NCBI RefSeq assembly: GCF_009914755.1
Contig: NC_060932.1
DNA length: 64,000 nt
Strand: one strand, 5' to 3'
DNA from: the human T2T-CHM13v2.0 reference genome, Homo sapiens
The notes below the pieces were generated by a model. It was not told the origin of the DNA and searched no databases. It saw only the letters and a program-made list of their open reading frames with translations. The translations under genes were made by a program, and so were the position numbers. Of the stretch, positions 18,412 to 33,945 are shown one piece after another. Each line of letters opens with the position of its first letter. Positions within the stretch are counted from its first letter, which is position 1.

Positions 18412-18655
18412 ATTGATGAGGATGTACATTTGGTATTTACATGATGAATCATGGACAAAACAAGTAGCAGGGAAGTTTTCACTTTATGTAATTATTTATG
18501 GTTCATATGCCATGGTAGCTAAAATTTGAATTGTGTAAGTCATTGATGATGATGTACATTTCAGTGAATTGTAATCAGAAGAGCCAGCACTGAAGTTTGT
18601 ACTTCACATAATTATTTATGGTTGATATACATCATAGTAACCAAAATTTGAATTG
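18412..18655. repeat. Old diverged tandem duplication of ~120 bp
   Basis: attgatga.gatgtacattt...aattatttatggtt...aaaatttgaattg occurs at 18412-18533 and 18542-18655. Confidence 0.75.
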
Positions 18656-19017
18656 CATTGTAGAGTGGCAGATATTTTTCGACAAAACCATGTTAAATGA
18701 AATTCATACATATTGGGATTTTGCAAAGTAAGAAATATTCTACATACCTGAAACATTTTTATGAACTATATTATGACATGTTTTCTTCAAGTTATTTTTA
18801 CACACTAAAGTTTATGAGCTTAATTTGTATTTATATGTGTATTATTAGTTCATTAAATTCCATATTATTTAATATAATTACACAAATAAAACATGCTTCC
18901 ATGTTCAATCCTTTTGTAATAGTCATTTATTTTTCCTCAAATATTTACCACATATAATTATATATTTGCCATATACCTGTATTATATAGAGTGCTACTAT
19001 AAATGCATTTCCGTTGC

Positions 19018-19200
19018 ATTGTTTCTCAAAGTTTCATGTGCATTAGAATTATCTGGAGATCTATTATGACAAAAATAGCAAATTTTCATTTCTAGAGATT
19101 CTCATTTAATTGGTTTGGGTTAAGAATTTGTTATTTATTTTTATTTTCCAGAAACTCGTCGTATAAATTCAATCAATGACCTGGATTGAAAACAGCTGTT
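19018..19200. mobile_element. MER5-type hAT fossil
   Basis: tgtttctcaaagtttcatgtgcattagaattatctggagatct. Confidence 0.55.
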
Positions 19201-19495
19201 CTGGGATATACTGGTAGGAGTAAAATTTCTAAATTATAGACTGTGTGCATCTTCAAATTAATGATTTGCTTTGCAAAATGGTTGTAGCAATTTATACTTG
19301 CACCAGGAGAGTATTGGATGTATTTCTACATCCTTATAAATTTTAAATTTTATAACTATATGATTATAAATTGTGTTACTTTATGGTTTTGATTATAGAT
19401 TTATATATTCATATAAAGTATAAGGTATGATTACTACTTTTTCTATGAGGCTTTCAGATGCTGGCTTTAGTCTTTCTTTTAGTTTCAGAGAGCAA

Positions 19496-19597
19496 TGCAT
19501 AGCTTGAGTCAAGTTTTAAATGGGTTGATTAGAACCTTGGTCGGTTTGCACAGCTTGAGTCGAGTTTTAAACGGGTTAACTAGAACCTTGATAGGTT
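19496..19597. repeat. 51-bp tandem duplication, 44/51 identical
   Basis: Units at 19496-19546 and 19547-19597. Confidence 0.9.
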
Positions 19598-21640
19598 TTG
19601 ACCCACAAATTCTACTCCTATTTTAGAAATTAGTAATAGTCTAGTAGCTTCTAAAAATCTTCAATTTAGGTTTGATTTGGGCACAAGGATACCAGTAAGT
19701 CAAAGTCTAAATAATCTGTGACTAGATTATAAATAATGTGGTCTATGGAGTTCTCCAGGAAAATGCCTTCAGGAGACCACATAATACAACATTTTGTTTG
19801 CATGATAATATATATTTAACAATTAGGTCTTATTTTTATAAAGTTCTGATTTCCATGCTGTAATACTAAATTTGAATTTAGCAACATGATGTCACTGAAT
19901 GAAGAGTGGGGAAGAAAGGTGCACAATCAGCTTTCAAAAGATAGTGCAAGTTGATTGTAACACACCCTGTCTAAATTAGTGAATTTCACAAAAGAGAAAA
20001 TAGTATTCCTTGATTACAGGTTTAAGGGTGAAGCTTGTGGGTTTAGACATCAGGAATGCCAAGGTTATAGTTGTCTACTACATAGGCAGGTTGGGAAAAG
20101 TTGTATGACAGTTCGTGTGTTTAAAGGAAATATTATTAAACTATTTAGCCAAAAGTTTGCAAATATTTTGGCATTTGTGACATTTTTCTTGTGAGTTTCA
20201 GTGAAACAGAGAAATTGGGCACGTGGTTCTTTTACTGGCGATCTTTATTGTTGACCTAGTTATTTGTTTTCCCTTCATTTTCTTAGCTAATACAGTACAA
20301 TTATTTTTCCAACTTAGTTTTCTCTTAAATATCTGTGAGTGCCTTTAAAGAAGCCCACCACTGACTGCTTTCACCTATATGGGAGTATGAAATATATTTA
20401 ATCTGTAAAGCTATCAATTTATTATAGGTCATATTCTGCTTCTAAGACTCATTCAAAATCTTCAGCAAAGTGTTATGAATTCAGCAATGGTATTTTGTTA
20501 TTCCAGTATTACAGGTATATCAAATTCCCTATTTTTGGTTAAAGCCATTCATACAAAGGGAGAAGAGAGTCAGGGTCACAACACAGTCAGGAACTACTCT
20601 TGGATCTTATCTAAAGGTGCTGAAGAATTCTCTGATGTCTAGGATGGATTTATCTTTGCTTCAGGACTGGATTAAGGTGTAATCTAATTTCAAGGAAAGA
20701 CTTCAAAAAGATTTCGTCAAAACACCATAGCTTTTCTCAACACCACTGACACCCTATGGAATTTTCACTTTGCATCCTGGAGGTCCCTCTGAGAGTCTTC
20801 CTTATCTGCCTATTCCATTCTCTCACCCCTTATTTTTAATCCAGCTTTCCTAATAACATGTGAAACAATTGATATACATTTCACACACCTGTACTGTATG
20901 TCCTTAAGCTTATTTTAAATTATTCTGTTTATTGTTATCTCTTCTATCTCAACAATTGAAAGAATGAAAATCGCCTCTCAATGTAGGTTTAGAAGATTTA
21001 AAATCAACTGTAAGTACCTTTCTCTATTTTGAATGGTTTAACTTAAAGTAGCAATCAACTTTTCAAGATTTGAGGCTTACTAGAATGAAAGGATGAAGAT
21101 CAGAGAAAAGGATAGGAGAGGATTGGTTGTGTACATTACCAGAGAGAAAAGGAGAAACAAGATAAAAAGTAGTTGGGATATTGTTTGGAGAGATCCAAAA
21201 GATAGATACTTTTATTTTACTAAATTATTCATGTTTCTCTGGAAAGAAAATAAAAAAACAATTTTGGGGTCTCAGCTCCTTTTTCACCTGTTATTGTCAT
21301 GCTTGACTATTTTTCCCTCTATTACCTGAAAATGCGTATATAGGTATATGTGTGCATGTGTGCATGCATGCATGTGTGAATGCATATATACAAACAAAAT
21401 ATAAATTTCATCAACATCTCTACTTGACTATAAAACATTGTGATTATCTTGAATGTTAGCAATCTTTATTTTTAATGTTATCTATTTTGTCTACCATTTT
21501 TTATCACCAATATTAATCTTTTGAATTATGCAATTAATGACTTAATCTAGATGTTTACCAAAATTTTTGTATACTCTTTCTTCTTTATCTCATGCCTTCA
21601 TTTTGGGGTTATTTTTCAAAAAACAATCTCTAACAGTTTG

Positions 21641-21835
21641 CAGGTGTCTCATATGGTAACTGCTAGCCACCGTTGGCTATTAAAATTTAAATAATTAAAA
21701 TGAAATAAATTTTAAAATTCTGTTTCTTTGTAACATTAGTTATATTCCAAGCACTGAATAAAGATGTGGTTAGTGGTTACTGTATAGACAGTGCAGACAG
21801 GAAACATTTCCTTTATATAGAAAGTCTTCCTGGGC
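21641..21835. mobile_element. MER3/MER33-type hAT-Charlie fossil
   Basis: ggtaactgctagccacc...gtggttagtggttactgtatagacagtgcag. Confidence 0.7.
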
Positions 21836-22269
21836 CACCTGTCCATAGCCTAGATCTGTTAATATTACCATTGATTGATTTTGTTTATCTGAAAATGTAT
21901 ATCTATCATTTGATCTAATAATTGTTGATAAGACAAAAAGATCACTAGAGACTGTTGTGAGAGTCAAAACTAAATTCATGGAATGTTCTAGGCAAAGGAG
22001 ACCTGAATTAGGATGCAGATTCTTTGAGCAATGCTCAAATAGGTCTTGTGCATACTGAGTGAGAGCAGATTTGATTATTTCTAACAGTCTCTGGGAAAGA
22101 TCCTGATTGGCTCCTACATAAAAATTTAGACTGCATCAAAAATTTCACCATTTTAAGTTTTCTAGTTAAACCTGCTTTATTCTGATTTAGTCCCCAGTAT
22201 GTATTCAAGTAAAAAATTTTTATAAACTAATTGATTCAAAAAGTAAATTTTCTTAGTATTATTGTTTTC

Positions 22270-23500
22270 TAATATTATGAGTCTATTTTGTTTAAAAGAA
22301 TATGGTTTGTAAGTATCATATCCTTGATTTCCATCAGTAGAAACTAGCTTTTCAGTTTCTCACACTTGAATGAGAACTTTTCTAGAATGAATAAATTGAA
22401 GTTGACAGTTATTTCCTCTCAGCTTTGAAAATATTGTATCATGGTGTTTTGGAGTTAACTCTTATGCTTGAGAAGCTTGCTGACTGTCTAACTGCAATTG
22501 CTTTGTAAGTAATCTGTCTTTTCTTCCAAGCTGTTTTCATTTAATTTTCTTTGGTCTTTCCTTGTTTTAGAATCATATGTGTCTAGGTCTGAATATCTTT
22601 TTATTTATTTTGTTTGGAATTCATTGTGCTTGTCAAATTTGAATATATATTTTTTCACCAATTCTAGAAAATTCTGTCATTTTATCTTTAAATGTTACTG
22701 CTTACTCTTTTCCTCCAGATCTCTAGTGGAATGAATATTAGTTTTATTGCATTCTCCAGATTCCTTAACCTCTACTTAATAATTTTGCATTTTCCTTTAT
22801 ATTCTCTAGGTTTCACTGGGCTAATTTTTTCTGAGCTTTCTTACAAGTATGAATTCTCCTTAAGCCATGTCTATGATGCTGTTTAACCCATACCTAGAGT
22901 TTCTAATTTTAATATTATACTCTTTATTTCTAGAAATCTATTGATTTTTAATCTTTACAATTTTTTTAAAATATAATTTTATTTCCTTAATTTTTTTGAG
23001 TATTTCTTAAATATGTTAAACACGCTTACATTATAGTCAACATTTGATAATCATATTTAGAAGTTTTCTTGTCATAATTTCTTATTGTTTTGTTACTGAT
23101 TGTTCTCTGGTGTGTTCTGTAATTTGAGGATATGAGTTTGTATGATTACTAATTTATCTGGATTAAGAGTGTTTCCAACCAGAGAGGATTTTATTTGTTT
23201 TGAACTTTCATCCAGTGGTATTCCCAAACTGAGATCACTTTATTCAAATTTATTAGTTTGGCTATTCCTGAGCTGTACTGAGAGTAAAAATATGAATCCT
23301 GAACCCCTGTGAAAGTAAGGCTATGTCTTAGTGGACTATTGTTTTTAAGCATAGAATCCAGACTCAGAGAAGTTTTCTTGCCTGTTGCTGTGTCAATTTG
23401 TTTTCTTCTTTTTTTGCCCAGTGAAAAGCTTGAGAGTACTGGCTATTTGCAGCATTCTCAGTTACATCCCATCTTGTTGGGATTCTTGGCCTAGAATCTT
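22270..23500 (-). mobile_element. Old L1ME-type fragment
   Basis: T-rich antisense L1 phrases such as ttgaagttgacagttatttcctctcagc and gagaagcttgctgactgtctaa. Confidence 0.5.
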
Positions 23501-23526
23501 TTCTCAGGGAAACTTAAAATGCAAGC

Positions 23527-23735
23527 ATGTTGAGGGGAACAACACACACCTGGGCTTTCTGGGGCAGTTGGGGAGGGAGAGCATCAGGAAAAAATAGCTA
23601 ATGTGTGCTGGGCTTCATACTACGTGACGGGTTGTTAGCTGCAGCAAACCACCATAGCACACGTTTACCTGTGTAACAAACCTGCGTGTCCTGCACATGT
23701 ATCCAGAACTTAAAATAAAATAAAATAAAATAATA
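23527..23735 (+). mobile_element. Short L1PA (older subfamily) 3' end
   Basis: L1 3'UTR plus (TAAAA)n tail; TSD aaaatgcaagc at 23516-23526 and 23736-23746. Confidence 0.9.
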
Positions 23736-23807
23736 AAAATGCAAGCCTATTTAACACTGATTGTCAAAAGCCAACAAATCAGATGAAGCTTCAGTTTTAT
23801 CACTTTT

Positions 23808-25394
<1,587 letters not shown>

Positions 25395-25419
25395 TTTTAT
25401 CACTTTTAACTTTATCTCT

Positions 25420-25545
25420 TATGGACTGAATTTTTTTCCCAAAAATTCATGTTAGAACTTAATTCCGTAATGAGATACATCCTTTAAAGGAGTGAATGGT
25501 TAATGAGGTCACAAGGATGGAGCACTAATCAAATAGGACTCATAC
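25420..25545 (+). mobile_element. MLT1 (MaLR) LTR 5' fragment
   Basis: tatggactgaa...cccaaaaattcatgttaga...taatgaggtcacaaggatggagcactaatc. Confidence 0.55.
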
Positions 25546-26429
25546 TTCAACCACATACTTTCAAAACACTTTTTATCTATAATATTTTTAAAACTAAAAA
25601 TTTAATAGTGAACCAAGAGAAGAGACAATCAAATTAGAAAATGGGATAGAAATATGAAACAAAGCCACAAAGAATATACACAGAAAGTAAACACATTAAA
25701 AGTTGTTCTACATAACTAGCCATCAAGGAAATTAAAATTCATGATGAGATATCACTATACACATATTAGAAGAATATATATATATAGGATATATATATAT
25801 GGGTTCTCTAGTGGGTTCTCTAAAATATATGTATCTTATATTCTTACTTTCTTTCATGTCTTTGGTAACTTTTATACTATTACAGTTAAAAAATCCTTAG
25901 AAGGCAAAAAATAAATTATATACTCCCTCTCTATATGCATATATCAACCTTATATTTATGTATCAACACTATGATAAATATCAACACATACACACATATA
26001 TATAAGGTTCTAATACATGTGTAATGATATCTGATTATGAATTTGAATTTGAGTTTGAATATATATGTATATATATATAAAAACACACTCCAGGTTCTCC
26101 TCCATATGTATATCCATATATATACACATATATATGGAAGAACCTGCAATATTTTAAGTGAAATGAGCCAGGCACAGAAAAACAAATATAACCTTATCTT
26201 GCTTATGTATGAAATTTTAAAAGTATAGTTCGTAGAAACAGAGTAGAATGATTATTACTAGGAGCTGTTGCAGGAGCGGGGGATGGATTGGGAAGAGGTT
26301 GGTCAAATAATACAAAATTTCAATTAGATAGGAGAAATATATTCCAGAAATCAATTTTCCAAGATGGTAACGACATTTAATAACAATGTGCTATATAATT
26401 GAAAATGCTAAGAGAGTAGTTTTTTTTTA

Positions 26430-27067
<638 letters not shown>

Positions 27068-29281
27068 TAAAAGAATAGTTTTAAGTGTTCTCACCAGAAA
27101 GAAATGATAGGTATTTGAGGCAATGCATATATTAATTAGCTTGATGTAGGCATTCCACAATATACACATATTTCAAAACATCATGTTGTGCACTGTAAAT
27201 ATATACAATTTTTATTTGTCAATTTAAAAAATGATAATAGCATTAGTGAGTAAGAATGCAAAATGATATAGCCAATCTGGAAAACAGTTTGTCAGTTGCT
27301 ATAAAGCAAACAAACAACTAAATGCAGACTTAACATATGACCTATCAATTCAAGTATTGAATATTTTACCCACAGATTTAAAAACTTTGTCTACACACAA
27401 AAAAACCCTATACATAATTGTTCATATCAGCTGTGGTACAACCATACCATAGAATAAATACTATTCAACAATAGAATAATGATCTACTGATACACTTGGC
27501 AATGTAGATAGATATCAAGACTACTATGCTGATGGAAAATAAGCCAACATGGAAAGGTCACTTCCTGTATGATTCTATTTATATAACATTCTTGAAATGA
27601 CAAAATTATAGAGATAAAAACAGATTAGTGGTTGCCAAGACGGAGGAACAGTGGAGGGGAATAAATAGGCTTTGACTATGGAGTAGCACTAGGAAGATCG
27701 TTGTGGTAATAAAATAGTTCTGCATCTTGATTGTGGTCATGGTTACATGAATCATGATAAAGTGACATAGCGCTATATACATATTGTACCAATGTCAATT
27801 TCAAGTTTTTGATTGTATTATAATTACATAAAATGTGTCCACTAAGAGAAACTCAGTAAGGGTATGGGGAAAGTATCTGTAACATCTCTGCAACATTGTG
27901 TGAGTTTTTAATTATTTCAAAATAGTTAAAAAGTCAGTTATCTTTAAAATGATTTAAACCACCTGAATTACAAAGAAGCATCAGGAAATGCTTAGGGTGA
28001 TCTGTGTCTTCATTATATTGATCCCAGTGTTGGCTTTATGATTGCATAGATATGTCAAATCTCAGGAATCTGTACACTTTAAATATGTGAAGTTTCTTGT
28101 ACATGAGTGATACACCAATAAAACAATACACTTGAATACTAACTAGTAGGCTCAGCATGTGCTCTGAGATTTATGCTACTATCGGATCTATTTTTGATAT
28201 TAAAAAAATAGAGGTTTAGAGTGCTTTAGTTATTATCCAAGGTCACAGGACTGGCATTTGGAATACTTTTAATCTGAAAAGTCTGATCCTAATTTCTATG
28301 TTCTCTAACAAATGGTGGACTTCTCCTTCATCACTTATCACTACAGTAAAATATTTTTTATTTCTTTATTTCATTTTGTTTCCCTTTCAAATCAGCTCTG
28401 AGAGAGTTTCTAGTGGGTTCTCTAGAATATACATCGCATATTCTTATTTTTCTCATCTCTTTGGTAACGTTTATATTATTCCAGTTTAAAAATCATTAGA
28501 AGGCAAAAAGTCATCAAATATTCTCCTTTTTAACTTAACACACACCACATTATATACATATTACATATTTTATATATTATATATTATTATATTTTCTATT
28601 TTACAACAAAAATTATATATAACTGAACATATATTTAATTACATATATATTTATAATACATACATAACTTAATAACTATAAATATATATAACTCCACATA
28701 ACATACCTTCTTGTCATATTGAGCAATAAACAAATATGAGCACATCTTTTCTTCTGGTACTAAAACTTTTTGTTCATCTCTTGATGGAATCTTATTCCTA
28801 AACTCTTCTATCTCAGGCATCATGTCCCATTATCCTGAAACATCCTATGTACTTGCAAAGAATCCTCTATGATCACATTCGCCAAAAGAGCTATACACTT
28901 TTAATTGACTTTTCTGTTTTTCCAAAGCTTCTTAAGGGCAGAGACTGTTTTTTTCTCTCTCTGAGGTCGTTCAGAACACCTGTAGGTATTTAATTTGCTT
29001 ATTGAGAACCTGCTTGTATTTAATTTACAAATAAAGTGCAAAACAAAGTTTTATTACCTCTACTGGCGCTTCCTACCATTCCAAAAAAAACAAACCGTAG
29101 AAAAATAGACATAAAGAAGAACCAGGCAGACCTTAAGAGAGAGAGAGAATCTATCCTCTGAGTCACTTAAATTTCCACCTCCTGAGGTTCCTATTGTACT
29201 TTTGATGCAAGAGGCAGTGTAATTGCACAGCATGAACTGAATAAAGGAAACAAACCTGCTGTATGTGTCTAAACTGATCAT

Positions 29282-29294
29282 GGTCAATGTGACC
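29282..29294. promoter_or_regulatory. Perfect estrogen response element palindrome (motif only)
   Basis: GGTCA-atg-TGACC in non-repetitive-looking DNA. Confidence 0.45.
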
Positions 29295-29639
29295 TTTGAA
29301 ATCACAGCATTAGACTAAAGATTTTGTCTCATTTAGTCACTGAATTATTTCATTTTCTTCATTTCATGTGTTTTCTTTTTCATATTTGTTATGTATATAA
29401 CTTCTCAAAAGCTCTAGGGATCTTACATTGGTGATTTGGCTAAAATTGAAGAGTGATTAAGGGAAACTAAAACTGATTAATATTTTATTTTCTTTTGAAT
29501 AAAATATTTCAGGTTTCTTTTTCCTTTGATCATTCATTATCACATGTCATGGCTTAGTCCTTTCTTGTGTGAACTTTTGTTAATAGACAGCATATCTTCT
29601 CTTGAGTAATCTTTACTATTCCAAATCTCCATTTTGCAA

Positions 29640-29790
29640 TATACATGTGTATGTATGTATGTGTATACATATATATACACACACATGCACACATTACATA
29701 TATGTGTGTATAAACACATATGTATACGTGTGTGTATGTATGTATATGTTTCACACATACGTGTATATATACACACGTGTATATATATAT
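29640..29790. repeat. (TA/TG/CA)n compound microsatellite
   Basis: Long alternating purine-pyrimidine tract. Confidence 0.9.
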
Positions 29791-30999
29791 TTAGTTGTAT
29801 CATGGAAGACAGTACAACCATTAATTTTTAAAAAAATTTTCAAGTTATAGAACAAGTATCTCATATAGGTTAACAATTTTTGTAAATAAAATAAACTCCA
29901 GAAATGGTGAATCATTTTAGACATTTTAGACATTTGGAAGTTAAAGTCTCAGTCTATGCTAGTGAAACAACTGTAAGCACATACACTCACACACAAAACA
30001 AAAGGGTTTTCTTCCCCAGGCTAACTGAAACCTGACAGAAAATTAAATATTTAACATAATAAACTAGGGTTTATTTTTATAGGATTTATGTCATATAAAT
30101 AGTTTTCATAGTATAAGAGTTAATTCTGTTTAATAAGTTAAGTATTGAAATGTCTACTATATACAACTGAGCTAGCTGGCTTAAAAGAAATGTTCCACAT
30201 GATCCATGAATTATTTCTTTCTGGCTTTTTTCTCTCAATTTTTTGAGCTTTATGTCGACTAATATATTAAAATGGAAAACAATAGAGTTTCTAAAGAGGT
30301 TTTGGCATGAATTAATGCATTCTATTTTAGTAAAGATTAATTGTTATGCCAACTTACTGAATTTTGGTTAAATTTCAGTTGAATTCATTGAACAATGCTG
30401 AAAATGCCTTTGAATTTTTTATTAGTAAAGAAACCATGCTACATGAGTTATCATATGGAAATTATAATCCAATTTTCTTTTACTCTGCAGGTTCCTATTT
30501 GAGATTTTATAAAAAGGAGATCACTTTATATTTTCTAAGTTTGCTTTTACTTCTCATACATCCTTAAGATTCTATTTATCTTACTTTAAAAATATGTATA
30601 GCATTAATGTTACCTTCATGATTTTTCTAATTTCTTACCTAAATTATATAAGAAAATTGTATGCATATCAAAGTTTCTGCTAGTTTCCTATAAATGTAAG
30701 TTTCTGGTAACCATACAGTCATATAATGTTTATACAGTTAAATATGTTTTTTGTTGTCAAGGCAAACATTTAAAATATGTCACACATTTTAATTCCTTCT
30801 TCCAAATTCATTTTTATTACTATGTAGTTTAGTGTGGATATTAAGAATGGGAAGCCCAGAGTCAGATAGAAAGAACCAAGTTTTTCTTTTCTTTAATACA
30901 TATTTCAATATCTATTATGTCCCAGGCACTAGAGATCTAGCTACACACCAAAGTCTTTACCCTTAAGGAACTTATATTATAGTAAGTACTGAAAGCAAA

Positions 31000-31250
31000 A
31001 TTTAGAGTTCAGACGCTGTTTGAGATTATTCACTGCTCTAATTCTTATGACATGTGAGACCTCGGGTAATTAAGCTAATCAACTATTCTGAACATCCGTT
31101 CCCATCAACTAAAAACTGTGGATAAAATTAGTAGCTAACCCTTAGTGTTATTGTGAGAATACATGAGCTAATGCATGTAAAATGACTATCTGCTTAAAAA
31201 TAGAAAAAAATCATATAATGGTGGTTATTAATGAAATGTTAGCTATTTTC
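31000..31250 (+). mobile_element. MIR
   Basis: tgtgagacctcgggtaatt...ctgaacatccgttcccatc...gttattgtgagaatacatgag. Confidence 0.55.
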
Positions 31251-31507
31251 CCTGCTATTAGCTCATGTATTACCTAATGGTTTTACATAAAACATATTAC
31301 CATAAGATTAGAAAAAACTTTTTTAAAATTTTTGTACAGTTTGTAATGTGCAATTATTAAAAATGTTTTCAGCAGTGCAAATGAACTCCTTAGGGAACAC
31401 TACTGTGTATTACAAACATATTAAAAATAAAATGATCTGTTTCACTTTCTAGAGCTAATTTTCCTGGATACTATAGTGAGGTAATGATTAGTGTTTTTCT
31501 TCTTCAG

Positions 31508-31553
31508 AGGCATAGCATGCTCCAGGCTTTATCGATTATGACGGGTTTGAAAG
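31508..31553 (+). other. Candidate 46-nt exon of an unidentified transcript
   Basis: Acceptor tgtttttcttcttcag, donor AAG|gtattt, upstream ctaat branch-like motif, two retained CpGs. Confidence 0.45.
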
Positions 31554-32149
31554 GTATTTAACAGAGCTTGACTATCATCTTCACTGTGTGACCCAAAGGA
31601 CAACACAGTGTGTTCTTCAGTAATTAAATCTGGAAGACCTATTATTCAAATATGTATTGTAAGAATTATTGGCTTTGCATTTGGCTTTGAAATAAATAGT
31701 GCTTTATTAGAAAAACTTTAATGCTAAAAATCAATTTCAATGATATGAATGATAAACTAAATGCAACCTACACATATGCTCTCTAAATTAACACAGCTTT
31801 TGCTCCATAAAAATTAATATTTGCATTATTTATTATGATTGATTACTTAAAAATAATATTACCATTTATGTTCAAGTAACATTGTTTAATGACCTAGGTT
31901 TAATTTTCAATGTCTTACATGTCACCTATAATAACAAGAATATATTATTTTTATAACGACTTTTAAAGACAGTGATCCATTCTGAGTCATCATGATGAAA
32001 AATAACCACAGAAACAATTTATAATATAATAAAATGGAATACATAATTAATTATGAATGATGATTAATTTAGGAACCTCACTAGTAATACTGGAAGCAAA
32101 AAATATACTGATTTTATTTCATGTGTTGCTAATTCTCCGTTTGCCACCA

Positions 32150-33180
32150 CTGCGTGTTCTTTATCTTCTCTACTCAGTGGTGTTATAGGCTGACTCTTTG
32201 AGCTCAGTCAACCTGGCTTCCTTGCCTGTGTTTTTCAATAGTGTTTGGAGTGGGGGACAAACTGTTAGGAGACTGATGAACAGGAGAAGAGAGAGGCCAG
32301 TGTGAAATCATCCCCAAGGAAATTTTATAAAATCAACTAAGGGAGAAATAATAATAAAATTTAAGTAGACTTATAGCACATCAGCTTGCCCTTTGACCCA
32401 CTTCCTTGTAGCTAGTCACTGCTTACTACCCTAGCTAAGATGATGTAGCTCTTGTCACAAGACTCATGGTTCCTTTCTGTTCCACAGGTAAAATCTAATA
32501 CATTATAAAATAATAAGCTTTCCTTTTGAGTTTCTCCTTTAGTTTTCTCATACTGATAAAACTACCCATGCCAGCTGGTCTGAGGGCCCAGAAAGGAGCT
32601 GACTCATGGAAGCATACAGTTTCTATAATCTGTGATTTTATCCCTCTTATTACAAGCTATCGATGACCCTAATTTTCCAGCTCCTTGCCCTCCATGATCC
32701 CCTTAAAAACTCTTGCCCAGAACCCCTTGAGGAGACAGATTTGAGGCTTGAGGATTCCTTGCATGTCCTCCCTCTGCAGCTTGTGATTATTAAATTCTTT
32801 CTCTGCTGCACACCCTGCTGTTTCAGTGTATTGGTATGATGCTGCACAGCAGGCAGGCAAACCCAACAGTTCTGTAACAAGAATATATCTGTCCCTACTC
32901 CCTTTCTGTTGTGTTACCATATCTCCTGAAGGTACTGAGTCCCTCTAGGAAGAAGCCTCTGGCTCTGGCTCTGACTCATTTCCTTATAACAATTTCCTAT
33001 CTTTGCTCCTTCAGATTTAGTAGTGGCAATATCTTTCTGCTTTTGGTTACTTCCAAGTTGCCTTGACATTCTTTTTCTAGTTTATTTAATTCTGTCTACA
33101 TTTCTGTTACTACCTTCTTCATTAAACTCTCTTAAATTAGTCTTTTTGAGTAGAAATATATTTTTTTGCTTGGCTTTCTA
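32150..33180 (+). mobile_element. LTR33-like ERVL LTR split by an ERV1 LTR
   Basis: ctggcttccttgcc...caggagaagagagaggcc before the insert and ttcattaaactctctt after it. Confidence 0.5.
32303..32879 (+). mobile_element. ERV1-class solo LTR (MER4-group-like)
   Basis: TG...CA termini, attaaa polyA signal, end gcaggcaaacccaacagttctgtaaca. Confidence 0.7.
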
Positions 33181-33343
33181 TTTGTAAACACTGCAAGGTG
33201 ATGTTGATATTGTTACTGTGGAAAATAATGAAACCTTACAGATAAGAGCAGGGAATCTGAAGCTCTGTCATAAGCAAATTACTTAAACACATTGTATCTC
33301 ATTTTCCCTGTCTATAAATGAGCATGTTAAGTTTGTGCTTGTC

Positions 33344-33390
33344 TGTGTTAGGTTCTCCAGAGACACAAAAGCAATAGGATGGTAGATAGA

Positions 33391-33427
<37 letters not shown>

Positions 33428-33945
33428 TAGATAAAAAAAGATAGAGAAAAATGTTTTAGGGGAATTATAGAGGCAAGTTCTACAATAGGCTGTCTGCAAG
33501 TTGGAGACCCAGGGATGCTGGTAATGTGGCTCAGTCCAAGTCTGGAAGCCTCAGAACCAGGGAAGCAAATGATATGACTCTCTAACTCTCAGTCCAAGGC
33601 CAAAGACTTGAGAGCCCAGAAGTTTGCTGGTGCAAGTTCTGGAGTCCAAAGGCCAGAGAACCTGAAGTTCTGATGTCCAAGGCAGGTGAAGAAGGACATT
33701 CCAGCTTCAGGAGAGAAAGACAGAGAGAGAAATCACCCTTCTATTGCCTTTTTCTTCCATCTGGGCCCCCAGACCATTTGATGGTGCCTGTCCACATTAA
33801 GGGCTAATCTACCCACTCAGCCGTCTGACATACTCACCAATGGCCTCTAGAAACACCCTCATTGACACACTTAGAAATAATGCTTTACCAGCTATTTAGG
33901 TATCCCTTAGTCCACTCAGACTGATACCCAAAATTAACCAGCACA
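33344..33945 (-). mobile_element. MLT2 (ERVL) LTR with a (GACA)n tract, inserted in a MIR
   Basis: tgtgttaggttctccagaga...aaaattaaccagcaca; 5-bp TSD ttgtc/ctgtc. Confidence 0.85.

Noticed and set aside
29057-29071. Possible minus-strand 15-nt microexon (GAAGCGCCAGTAGAG|gtaata)
   Set aside because: Purine-rich acceptor context and no other minus-strand exon support
30470-30500. Strong-looking acceptor ttttcttttactctgcag
   Set aside because: No convincing donor within a normal exon length
32470-32495. cag|gtaaaa recursive-splice-like motif
   Set aside because: Lies inside an ERV1 LTR and the donor is weak
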